From Acidimicrobiales bacterium (GTDB lineage Bacteria; Actinomycetota; Acidimicrobiia; Acidimicrobiales; JAUJNH01), in the NCBI GenBank assembly GCA_038255915.1, contig JBBSKY010000002.1, positions 13,371 to 77,370 on the forward strand: DNA of 64,000 nt, written 5' to 3'. Position numbers and translations under genes: made by a program. Positions 18,221 to 26,289 of this stretch are shown here, in pieces. A model generated the notes under the pieces. The model was not told the origin of the DNA, made no database searches, and was given only the letters and a program-made list of their open reading frames with translations. Position 1 is the stretch's first letter; every line of letters starts with the position of its first letter.

Positions 18221-18642
18221 GCGTGGTCCTCGATGCCAGTGTCATCGTGGCCCTTCTCGTGGCCGACGAACGGCAACAGGCGACCCGGGCCCACCTGGAG
18301 GGCTGGCTGGACGCCGACGAGGAGCTGCACGCTCCGGCGGTGTTGCCCTACGAGGTTGCCAACGTCCTCGCCCGGCTCGTGTTCGACGGAACCTTGGGGA
18401 TCAACGACGTCACCCAGATCTGGCACGACCTGGCCTCCCTGGGCTTGTTCCTCGATCCGTTCGATCTGGCGCAGGACGGGCCGGCGGTGGCGACGATCAC
18501 GGCCCGCCTGCGACGCCGACATACCACCGATTCGACCTATGTCCGGCTGGCCCAGCGTCTCGGAACGGTCCTGTGGACGCTCGACGGAGCCCTGGCCCGC
18601 AGTGCTGCCGACGCCGGGTTCCCCGTCAAGCTCGTCGCCTGA
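18217..18642 (+). CDS. vapC: PIN-domain toxin VapC
   Basis: MSVVLDASVIVALL (first acidic residue), LPYEVANVL, and a later TTDSTYVRLA. Size is about 141 aa. Confidence 0.8.
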   Translation: MSVVLDASVIVALLVADERQQATRAHLEGWLDADEELHAPAVLPYEVANVLARLVFDGTLGINDVTQIWHDLASLGLFLDPFDLAQDGPAVATITARLRRRHTTDSTYVRLAQRLGTVLWTLDGALARSAADAGFPVKLVA

Positions 18643-18680
18643 TCGGTGCGGTCGCCCGCGAATGAACCGAGGAGCTTTCG

Positions 18681-19349
18681 TCAGCCGCTGTCGGAGTCGT
18701 TGGGCTCGAAGACGCCGCCGTTGATGAAGTGGACCCGGGCGCTGATGACCGCGGCGTGGTCGCCGAGGCGCTCGAGGAACCGGGCGACCAGGCCCGCTTC
18801 GACCAGCGGCTCGTTGGCCGCCCTGCGCAGCTCGAAGAGCTCGCGCAGCAGCGAGGCGTACAGCTCGTCCAGGCCCTGGTCGGCGGCGATCACTGTGGCG
18901 GCTGCCTGCCCATCGAGCACGCCGTAGGCCCGCACGGCGCCGGCCAGCATGCTGATCGCCTCGGCGCCCAGCTCGTGGATCAGCAGCCGGACCCGTGGGG
19001 TGAGCACGGTCTCGTCGATCCGCGAGGACCGGCGGGCGATAGAGCGGGCCAGGTCGCCGCAGCGCTCAAGCTCCTGGGCCACCCGGAGGCTGGCGACCAC
19101 CAGCCGCAGGTCGCGAGCCACCGGGGCCTGGCGCACCACGATGGCCGATACGTCCACCTCGACCCTCGCGTAGGTGGCGTCGATGAGGGCGTCGGCCGCC
19201 TCGACCTCGGCGACCCGGTGATCGTCCCCCTCGAGCAGGGCGTCGACAGCGCTGCGCACCATGCTGACCACGTCGGCCCCCATCCACTCGACGCACCGGT
19301 GCAGCTCGGCCAGCTGGTCGTGGAACTCGGTCCGCAGCTCTTCTCCCAC
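18681..19349 (-). CDS. phoU: Phosphate signalling protein PhoU
   Basis: Two PhoU repeats containing ExxxD-type motifs, RDLRLVVASLRVAQELERCGD and ARFLERLGDHA. Confidence 0.9.
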   Translation of the reverse strand: MGEELRTEFHDQLAELHRCVEWMGADVVSMVRSAVDALLEGDDHRVAEVEAADALIDATYARVEVDVSAIVVRQAPVARDLRLVVASLRVAQELERCGDLARSIARRSSRIDETVLTPRVRLLIHELGAEAISMLAGAVRAYGVLDGQAAATVIAADQGLDELYASLLRELFELRRAANEPLVEAGLVARFLERLGDHAAVISARVHFINGGVFEPNDSDSG

Positions 19350-19359
19350 GACCGCGACG

Positions 19360-19839
19360 CTAGAGCGGGGGGAGGTAGGTGGCGGTGGTGAAGTGGCGGC
19401 GCTTGCCTTCGAAGGCCCAGGTCGAGCCCTTCTGGCAGCGGGGTGAGCGGCCGAGGTCGAGGTCGTCGGACGCCTGGAGGACGTCGAGGAGGACGGGGAT
19501 CAGGTCGCCGTGGCTGCACAGGACCAGCGCCGCCTCGTCCCCGGGCGGGGTCGCTCCGGCGCGAGCCATCTTCAGCGCCCCCTCCGGCTCGCTGCCCTCG
19601 GCCAGCGCCGTGGACACCTCGAGGGTGAGCCCGAGCACCGCGGCCAAGGGCGACAGGGTCTCGATGCAGCGCAGCGACGGGCTCGAGACGAGGCGGCCGA
19701 TGGGGAAGCGGTCGCCCAGGAGGTGGACCAGGCCGGTGGCCTGGCGCCGGCCCCGCGACGAGAGCGGGCGCAGCACGTCGAGGCCGTCCCAGCCCGAGCG
19801 GGACTCGGCCTCGGCGTGGCGGACGAGCAGGAGGGTCAT
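19360..19839 (-). CDS. Histidine phosphatase family protein (SixA-like)
   Basis: The RHG-type start MTLLLVRHAEAE and a later CSHGD. ATGA overlap with the upstream NUDIX gene. Confidence 0.75.
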   Translation of the reverse strand: MTLLLVRHAEAESRSGWDGLDVLRPLSSRGRRQATGLVHLLGDRFPIGRLVSSPSLRCIETLSPLAAVLGLTLEVSTALAEGSEPEGALKMARAGATPPGDEAALVLCSHGDLIPVLLDVLQASDDLDLGRSPRCQKGSTWAFEGKRRHFTTATYLPPL

Positions 19840-20243
19840 CCCGGCCCACCGGTCACCAGGGCGGCCGGGAGGGCGTCGAGCACCTCGGCGTCTCGGGCGT
19901 AGGTGAGGCGGTGGCGGGCCGCGGGCAGCGCCAGCCAGGCCACCTCGTCGACCTCGTGGTCGAGCCGGCCGTCACCGGCCGCCACCGACATGGCCCAGTA
20001 GCGCACCACCTTGTCCCGGCCCCGGTGGTCGAGGTAGCGCTGGTTCGGCAGCTCGGGGCCCAGCACGCAGGCCAGTCCGGTCTCCTCGGCCACCTCCCGG
20101 CGGGCGCAGTCCTCGTCGTCCTCCCCCCGGTCGCACTTGCCCTTGGGCAGGCTCCAGTCGTCGTAGCGGGGCCGGTGCACGAGCAGCACCTCGAGACGGT
20201 CGTCGGCCGTGCGGCGCCAGACGGCCCCGCCGGCCGCCCGCAC
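19836..20243 (-). CDS. NUDIX hydrolase
   Basis: Nudix box GKCDRGEDDEDCARREVAEETGL. GTG start 5 nt after the CHAD gene stop; the track ORF extends further upstream over that gene. Confidence 0.8.
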   Translation of the reverse strand: MRAAGGAVWRRTADDRLEVLLVHRPRYDDWSLPKGKCDRGEDDEDCARREVAEETGLACVLGPELPNQRYLDHRGRDKVVRYWAMSVAAGDGRLDHEVDEVAWLALPAARHRLTYARDAEVLDALPAALVTGGPG

Positions 20244-20248
20244 CCGGC

Positions 20249-21826
20249 CTAGGCCAACCACTTCCGCAGCTTCTTGTCGGCGGCGGCGTCCCAGGCCCCG
20301 CGCCAGTCGGAAACGGCCTGGTCGGCCGCCCGCTGCTGCATGCCGGTGAGCAGGCCGGCGGAAAAGGCGCGGGCGGCGGCGCCGGCGCCGGTGAGACCGA
20401 CCGCCCGGGAGCGCAGCCACGCCTCGGCCACCGCCGCGTCCTGGAGGTCGCCCAGCACGCCCTGGATCTCGGCGACGGCGGCGCCGAGCCGCTTGGTCTC
20501 CTTGCCGCAGACGGAGGTCGCGGCCTCGCAGGCGTAGCGGCAGCGCTTGGCCTTCTTGCGCACCTCGTGCAGCAGCTCGATCGGGGTGTCGTCCCCGACC
20601 TGTTCGACCGCCTTGGCCAGGTGGGCCCAGGCCTTGCCGACCCGGGCGGGGACGACGTCGCTGGCCCGCAGGGAGGCGTCCCCGGTGAACGGCGGCATCC
20701 GGCTGGCGCCGACCAGCTGGTCGAGGAGGGCGGCGTAGCGGGCGGTGGCCAGGGCGTCCCCGGCCCGGGAGCGGGCCTTGGCCCGTTCAGCGTCGAGGGT
20801 GCGCAGGAGGGCGGTGGCGGCGACGGCGTCAGGCCCCGCCAGCTCGGAGGTCTGGCGCTGGAGGCGGGCCAGCAGCACATCGGCGTCACGCACCGCCCCC
20901 AGCTCGCCGGCCAGCCAGTACAGCTCGCCCCGGATGTGGGTGACCCACGCTTCGTCGAGGAGGGAGCGGAACGTGGCCAGGTCGCTGCGCAGGCGTCGGG
21001 TGGCCACCCGGGCCTGGTGGACGTCCTCGTCGTCGCCGCCCAGCCGAACGCCGGGGTCGTGGGCCACCAGGCGGAGCGTGCCGGCGGCGATGGCGGCCTG
21101 CACGGCGTCGCCGGCCGAGGACCTGGGCCCGACCCGCTCGACGGTGACGTCGGGCGGGGCCGTGGCCTGGGGCCCGAGGGCCCGGGCGATCTTCGGGGTC
21201 GGGTCGGGGGCGCCGGCGCCGGCGCCCCGCAGCCGCCCCACCACCAGCGGGAGGAGGCGCTCTCCGTCGTTGTCGCCGGGGGCCAGCTCGACCTCGAGCT
21301 CGCGGAAGCGGGCGGCCACCCGCCGGCCGTCCATCACCGACACCTCATCGTCGGCCACCTCGAGGGCGACCCGGCCGTCGGCGTCGAGGACGTTGTGACG
21401 GCGCCGCTTGGTCACCAGCCGGGCCACCGGCTCGAGGTGGCGGCCCCGGGTGGTGGCGGTGACCAGGCTGACGACCTCCGCGGGCGGAGTGCTGTCCGAA
21501 CCGGTGAAGGCCACCTCCGAGCGGCTGAGCGCCGGGCCCCCGTCGCCGGCCGCCGGCAGCTTCACCGTCCACCCCCGCTCCGATCCGTCGCTCGCCGATC
21601 GGTGGCGCAGGCTGAGACCCGAGCGGATGAGCCGCAGGTCGGCGGTGTCCCAGTAGGTGGCGCTGAGGGTGCGCTCGCCCAGGTCGACCACCGAGGGCTG
21701 GGGCGCCTCGTCGGCCTCCGCCGGGGGCGCCTCGTCGACGAGGCCGCCGACCAGGTCCGGCAGCACGAACGTGGCGTGGGCCCCGAGCTTCACCTCATGC
21801 TCAGCGACCTTGCGTGCAGGAGCCAT
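20249..21826 (-). CDS. CYTH (triphosphate tunnel) plus CHAD domain protein
   Basis: N-terminal EHEVKL...ELEVEL strand pattern of CYTH. C-terminal helical His/Arg-rich CHAD repeats (VHQARVATRRLRS, LHEVRKKAKRCRY). Confidence 0.85.
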   Translation of the reverse strand: MAPARKVAEHEVKLGAHATFVLPDLVGGLVDEAPPAEADEAPQPSVVDLGERTLSATYWDTADLRLIRSGLSLRHRSASDGSERGWTVKLPAAGDGGPALSRSEVAFTGSDSTPPAEVVSLVTATTRGRHLEPVARLVTKRRRHNVLDADGRVALEVADDEVSVMDGRRVAARFRELEVELAPGDNDGERLLPLVVGRLRGAGAGAPDPTPKIARALGPQATAPPDVTVERVGPRSSAGDAVQAAIAAGTLRLVAHDPGVRLGGDDEDVHQARVATRRLRSDLATFRSLLDEAWVTHIRGELYWLAGELGAVRDADVLLARLQRQTSELAGPDAVAATALLRTLDAERAKARSRAGDALATARYAALLDQLVGASRMPPFTGDASLRASDVVPARVGKAWAHLAKAVEQVGDDTPIELLHEVRKKAKRCRYACEAATSVCGKETKRLGAAVAEIQGVLGDLQDAAVAEAWLRSRAVGLTGAGAAARAFSAGLLTGMQQRAADQAVSDWRGAWDAAADKKLRKWLA

Positions 21827-21856
21827 CCCGCCAGTTTGCCCGATGATGGGGAGCTC

Positions 21857-24082
21857 CTACCTGCGCTGGAGCAGCGGCCCGGAGACCGTCGCCTCCTTGC
21901 GCTGGCGGCGGGCCCGGCGCTGGGTGCGCTCAGCCAGGAAGGTCTGGGTGTTGTGGCGCTGCGCCGGGTCGGCCGGCTCCACCCGCTGCCAGGTGCCGTC
22001 GGGCCCGAGGGTCCACGCCAGGCAGTCGTCGGACAGGTTCGACGCCAGCACCTCGGCCAGCCGCTTGCGGGACTCGGGCTCGTCGATCTGCACGCACACC
22101 TCGACCCGACGGTCCAGGTTCCTCGGCATCATGTCGGCCGAGCCGATGAGGTAGCGCACCGGGTGCTCCTCGCCGTCGCCGAAGGCGTAGATGCGGGAGT
22201 GCTCGAGGAAGCGGCCGACCAGCGACCGCACCCGGATGCCTTCGCTGAGGCCGGGAACCCCCGGGCGCAGGCAGCAGATCCCCCGAACGACGAGGTCGAT
22301 CTCGACGCCGGCGTTCGAGGCCCGGTACAGGGCCTCGATCACCCTCGGGTCGACCAGGCTGTTCATCTTGAACACCACCCGCCCGGGGCCGCCGTCGCGG
22401 GCCACCCCGGCCTCAGCCTCGATCAGCTCGATGATCCGGTTGCGCAGCGTCGTCGGGGCCAGGAGGATCTTGCGGTAGCGGGTCTGGCGGCTGTAGCCGG
22501 TGAGCAGGTTGAACAGGTCGGTGAGGTCGGCGCCGAGGTCGGGGTCGCTCGACAGCAGGCCGATGTCCTCGTAGGTGCGGGCCGTCTTTGAGTTGTAGTT
22601 GCCGGTGCCGATGTGGACGTAGCGGCGGATGCCGTCCGGCTCCTGGCGCACCACCAGCGCCGTCTTGGAGTGGGTCTTCAGCCCGACCAGGCCGTACACC
22701 ACGTGCACGCCGGCCTCTTCGAGGGCGCGGGCCCACGCCACGTTGGCCTGCTCGTCGAAGCGGGCCTTCAGCTCGACCAGGGCCGCCACCTGCTTGCCCC
22801 GCTCGGCCGCCCGGATCAGCGACTTCACGATCGGGCTGTCGGAGGAGGTGCGGTACAGCGTCTGCTTGATGGTCAGGACGTGGGGGTCGACCGCCGCCTG
22901 CTGGATGAACGCCTCGACCGAGGCGGCGAAGCTCTCGTAGGGGTGGTGGACCAAGACGTCCCGTTCCCGGAGCACGGCGAAGATGTCGACCGGCTCGTCG
23001 TCGTTCGAGGTCAGGCGCCGGGGGGTGGCGGGGACGTGGGGCGGGTCCTTCAGGTCGGGGCGGTCCAGGGCGTAGAGGGCGAACAGGCCCGTCAGGTCGA
23101 GGGGTCCCGGGACGTCGTAGAGGTCGTCGGGGTGCAGCTCGAGCTCGCGCACCAGCAGCTCGCGCACCTCGTCGGTCATGGACGGCTCGACCTCGACCCG
23201 GACGGCTCGACCGAAGCGGCGGCGGCGCAGCTCGATCTCGACCAGGGCCAGCAGGTCGTCGGCCTCCTCGTCCTCGAGGGTGAGATCCGCGTTGCGGGTG
23301 ACCCGGAAGGCGTGGTGCTCGACGACCTCCATCCCCGGGAAGAGGCGGTCGAGGTGGACGGCGATGAGCTGCTCGAGCGGCACGAAGGTGAAGCGGCCCT
23401 TGAGGCCGTCGTCGTCACCGCCGGGAACGGCCACGAAGCGGGGCAGAAGGGGCGGCACCTTCACCCGGGCGAAGCGGCGCTGGCCGCTGTGGGGGTCGCC
23501 CACGATGACGGCCAGGTTCAGTGACAGGTTGGAGATGTAGGGGAAGGGGTGGCTCGGGTCGACAGCCAGGGGCGTCAGCACCGGGAAGATGCGCTCGTGG
23601 AAGACCTGGTCGAGGGCCTCGCGCTGGTGTGCCCCCACGTCCTCGATCCGCACCACCTCGATACCGTGCCCGACCAGGCTGGCGCTCACCTCCCGGTCGG
23701 CCGCCACGTGGCGTTCGACCAGGCCCAGCAGCGCCGTGCGCACCTCCTGCAGCTGCTCCCCCGGGGTGCGCCCGTCGGGGCTAGGGACCCCGACGTCGGC
23801 GGCCACCTGGTCCTTCAGGCCGGCGATCCGCACCTGGAAGAACTCGTCGAGGTTGTTGGCGAAGATAGCCAGGAACTTGGCCCGCTCGAGCAGGGGCAGG
23901 TCGGGCTCTTCAGCCTGGGCCAGCACCCTGGCGTTGAAGTCGAGCCACGACACCTCGCGGTTGAGGTAGCGCTCGCCGCTCGGGCGAAGGGCCGCCTCCT
24001 GCTCGGCCCGGGGCAGGTCGGCCAGCTCGGCCGCCAGAGGCGAGAGCCGGGTGTCGAGCGTCTTCTCCTCGGTGTCCGCCAT
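21857..24082 (-). CDS. ppk: Polyphosphate kinase 1
   Basis: Full-length PPK1 pattern (YLNREVSWLDFNARVL, FLAIFANNLDEFFQVR, TGNYN, HSK...; two PLD-like C-terminal domains). Confidence 0.95.
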   Translation of the reverse strand: MADTEEKTLDTRLSPLAAELADLPRAEQEAALRPSGERYLNREVSWLDFNARVLAQAEEPDLPLLERAKFLAIFANNLDEFFQVRIAGLKDQVAADVGVPSPDGRTPGEQLQEVRTALLGLVERHVAADREVSASLVGHGIEVVRIEDVGAHQREALDQVFHERIFPVLTPLAVDPSHPFPYISNLSLNLAVIVGDPHSGQRRFARVKVPPLLPRFVAVPGGDDDGLKGRFTFVPLEQLIAVHLDRLFPGMEVVEHHAFRVTRNADLTLEDEEADDLLALVEIELRRRRFGRAVRVEVEPSMTDEVRELLVRELELHPDDLYDVPGPLDLTGLFALYALDRPDLKDPPHVPATPRRLTSNDDEPVDIFAVLRERDVLVHHPYESFAASVEAFIQQAAVDPHVLTIKQTLYRTSSDSPIVKSLIRAAERGKQVAALVELKARFDEQANVAWARALEEAGVHVVYGLVGLKTHSKTALVVRQEPDGIRRYVHIGTGNYNSKTARTYEDIGLLSSDPDLGADLTDLFNLLTGYSRQTRYRKILLAPTTLRNRIIELIEAEAGVARDGGPGRVVFKMNSLVDPRVIEALYRASNAGVEIDLVVRGICCLRPGVPGLSEGIRVRSLVGRFLEHSRIYAFGDGEEHPVRYLIGSADMMPRNLDRRVEVCVQIDEPESRKRLAEVLASNLSDDCLAWTLGPDGTWQRVEPADPAQRHNTQTFLAERTQRRARRQRKEATVSGPLLQRR

Positions 24083-24113
24083 GTCGGGCAGGCTACGCGG
24101 AGGGCCCAGCCCG

Positions 24114-24374
24114 TCAGCCCTCGGGGACCCCGAGATCCCACTCGAGGTACAGCGCCTCGCGCTCGGCGTCCTTCACGACCCGCTCTCGGTTGCGGCGGAA
24201 CTGCGGGTCGTGCGGGGGCAGCAGCAGCAGGCGAGCGTTGACCCGCTGGCGGAACTCGTCGATGGCCTTGCGGTCACCGGCGACGCCCTGCACGTCCCAG
24301 TGGGGGGCCACGGGGCCCAGGTACACGATGCGCACCTGACCACGCGGGCCCTGGTTGTCCGAGAGCATCGACAT
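24114..24374 (-). CDS. Small conserved-looking hypothetical protein
   Basis: 86 aa with balanced composition, between htrA and ppk on the same strand. No family recognised. Confidence 0.5.
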   Translation of the reverse strand: MSMLSDNQGPRGQVRIVYLGPVAPHWDVQGVAGDRKAIDEFRQRVNARLLLLPPHDPQFRRNRERVVKDAEREALYLEWDLGVPEG

Positions 24375-24385
24375 GGTGGGCGACC

Positions 24386-25687
24386 CTACCGCTGCCCGAG
24401 CTCGGCCTCCACCGCCTGGCGCTTGGAGTCCCGGACCAGATCGATCTTTAGCTTGTCACCCGGCTTCTTGGACCGGATGATCCGGCTGACGTCGGCCACC
24501 GAGCTCACCGGCTCGCCCCCCAGGGCGACGAGGACGTCGTTGGCGAGCACACCGGCCCGGTCGGCGGCCGATCCCGGCTCCACCGACTGCACGGCGGCAC
24601 CCCGGTCGACGCCCAGGCTGAGGCGGGCGGCGATGTCGGGTGTGACCGTGACGGTGCCGACGCCGAGGAAGGCGCCCGAGGTGCGGATGGGCCCGCCGCC
24701 GGCCTTGCGCAGCTCGTCGATGATCGGCTTGATGGTGTTGGCGGCGATGGCGAAGCCGATGCCCTCGGCGCCCCCCGCGGTCCCGGACGGGTCGCGCAGC
24801 ACAGCGGTGTTGATGCCGATCACCTGGCCGGTGGTGTCGACCAGCGGGCCGCCCGAGTTCCCCGGGTTGATCGCGGCGTCGGTCTGCAGCAGGCCGTCGA
24901 GGTTGCCGAGGGTGCGGCCCTTGGCGCTGATGATCCCCGTGGTGACGGTCGGCCCGCCCACCAGGGCCAGGGCGTTGCCGATGGCGACGACGTCGTCGCC
25001 CACCTCGGCGGCGTCGCTGTCACCGAGGGAGGCCGTGGGCAGCCCCGAGGCACCCTCGATCTTCAGCAGGGCCAGGTCGTTGGCGGCGTCTGAGCCGACG
25101 AGGGCGGCCCTGCGGGGCCGGGTCTCGTTGAACAGGGTGACGGTGAGATCTCCTCGACCGGCCACGACGTGGGCGTTGGTGAGCACCTCGCCGTCGGCGG
25201 AGATGATGACGCCGGTGCCGGTGCCGAGCCGGCCGCCACCGCCACGCAGCTCAACGGTGACGACGGCGGGCTCGACCTTGGCCAGCACATCCTTCACGCT
25301 CATCTGCGGGCCCGGCACCGCAGCCCCCGGCCTGGGCGTGACCGATCGGGTGACGGGGGCCGACGTGGCGGGGGGCGCGGCGGCCTTCTCCTCGGCGCCG
25401 TCGACGGCGGCGACCACGCCGCCACCGATCAGGGCGCCGGCCAGGGCGGCCACGCCCGCCACCCACACCCAGGCCCGGCTCTTCGGTCGGTCGCCGCCGT
25501 CACCAGGCGGGACGAACGATCCACCGACGGGTCCAGGAGCGGGACCTGAGGGCGGGGCCCACGGCCGGTCCGCCGGCGGGCTCCACGGCTGGGTCGGCGG
25601 AGCCGCCACGGGGCCGGGCTGCCAGCCCCCCTGCTCGGGGTGGCTGCTCGGCTTGGGCCAGCCGCTGAGATCTTCCACGTCGGTCAC
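24386..25687 (-). CDS. htrA: HtrA/DegP-family serine protease with PDZ domain (active-site residues present)
   Basis: LTNAHVV, NDLALLKI and GNSGGPLVD give an intact triad. PDZ tail. GTG 25687 chosen because it sits 10 nt after GGAGG; the track TTG at 25696 is too close to the SD. Confidence 0.9.
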   Translation of the reverse strand: MTDVEDLSGWPKPSSHPEQGGWQPGPVAAPPTQPWSPPADRPWAPPSGPAPGPVGGSFVPPGDGGDRPKSRAWVWVAGVAALAGALIGGGVVAAVDGAEEKAAAPPATSAPVTRSVTPRPGAAVPGPQMSVKDVLAKVEPAVVTVELRGGGGRLGTGTGVIISADGEVLTNAHVVAGRGDLTVTLFNETRPRRAALVGSDAANDLALLKIEGASGLPTASLGDSDAAEVGDDVVAIGNALALVGGPTVTTGIISAKGRTLGNLDGLLQTDAAINPGNSGGPLVDTTGQVIGINTAVLRDPSGTAGGAEGIGFAIAANTIKPIIDELRKAGGGPIRTSGAFLGVGTVTVTPDIAARLSLGVDRGAAVQSVEPGSAADRAGVLANDVLVALGGEPVSSVADVSRIIRSKKPGDKLKIDLVRDSKRQAVEAELGQR

Positions 25688-25729
25688 CCTTCTCAATCCT
25701 CCAGGAACCCCGGGGGTCGTCCCTCGGTC

Positions 25730-25755
25730 AACGACCTCGGGTACGAACAGGTTCC
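25730..25755 (-). promoter_or_regulatory. Candidate ECF (SigE-type) promoter for htrA
   Basis: The minus strand reads GGAAC-N17-CGTT, about 45 nt upstream of the htrA start. Confidence 0.5.
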
Positions 25756-25760
25756 AACCG

Positions 25761-25787
25761 GGAACCTTCCCACGGGGGACGTGCGTT
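25761..25787 (+). promoter_or_regulatory. Candidate ECF (SigE-type) promoter for whiB
   Basis: The plus strand reads GGAAC-N18-CGTT, followed by AGGAGG and ATG 25821. Confidence 0.45.
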
Positions 25788-25820
25788 CACCACCTGAACC
25801 CAAGCAGGAGGCAGTCGAGG

Positions 25821-26075
25821 ATGGAAACCGAGTGGATGCCCCGAGGCCGGTGCCGTGACATTCAGCCGGGCACGTTCTTCCCAAGCGACGGGGTGGGCGT
25901 CGAGGTGGCCCGCCGCGTCTGCGCCGAGTGCCCAGTCCAGGCCCCCTGTCTCGAGTACGCCCTCCTCCATCGCATCGACCACGGAGTGTGGGGCGGCGCC
26001 TCCGAACGCGAACGCCGAAGGATCCTGAGGTCCCGCCGCCTGGAGGCTGCCGCCGTGGGTGGGCCACCTACCTAG
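25821..26075 (+). CDS. whiB: WhiB-family Fe-S transcription factor
   Basis: Four Cys in WhiB spacing (RCRD...VCAECPVQAPC), GVWGG turn, basic tail. It is the terminal part of track ORF 24051..26075. Confidence 0.85.
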   Translation: METEWMPRGRCRDIQPGTFFPSDGVGVEVARRVCAECPVQAPCLEYALLHRIDHGVWGGASERERRRILRSRRLEAAAVGGPPT

Positions 26076-26098
26076 CTAGCTAGCTAGCTAGGTGGCCC
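26061..26098 (+). terminator. Long palindrome containing (CTAG)5; probable whiB terminator hairpin
   Basis: GGGCCACCTA C (CTAG)5... TAGGTGGCCC. The outer 10-bp arms are perfectly complementary and the inner CTAG run is self-complementary. The whiB stop TAG is the first TAG of the run. Confidence 0.6.
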
Positions 26099-26234
26099 GA
26101 AGCCCCCCGGGGGGGCTCGGGGGGGCGGAGCTTGCGGAGCCCCCTCGTCAGGCGGCGAGAAGGGCAGCTTGCTGCCCCGCCGTTACAAGCGTGTCAGCCA
26201 GGCCGAAGGCCTGTCCGGAAGAGGAGGGGGGTCC

Positions 26235-26260
26235 GGGGGGAGGCGCTTGCGCCTCCCCCC
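26235..26260 (-). terminator. Perfect 12-bp GC hairpin after the sigE-operon last gene
   Basis: GGGGGGAGGCGC-TT-GCGCCTCCCCCC lies 30 nt beyond the stop at 26290. A second copy of the right arm (CTTGCGCCTCCCCC) sits at 26267..26280. Confidence 0.55.
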
Positions 26261-26289
26261 GGCACACTTGCGCCTCCCCCTGGCGCGTC

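Noticed and set aside
20567-22591. 674-aa plus-strand ORF
   Set aside because: It is antisense to the CYTH/CHAD and ppk1 genes. It has shadow-ORF composition.
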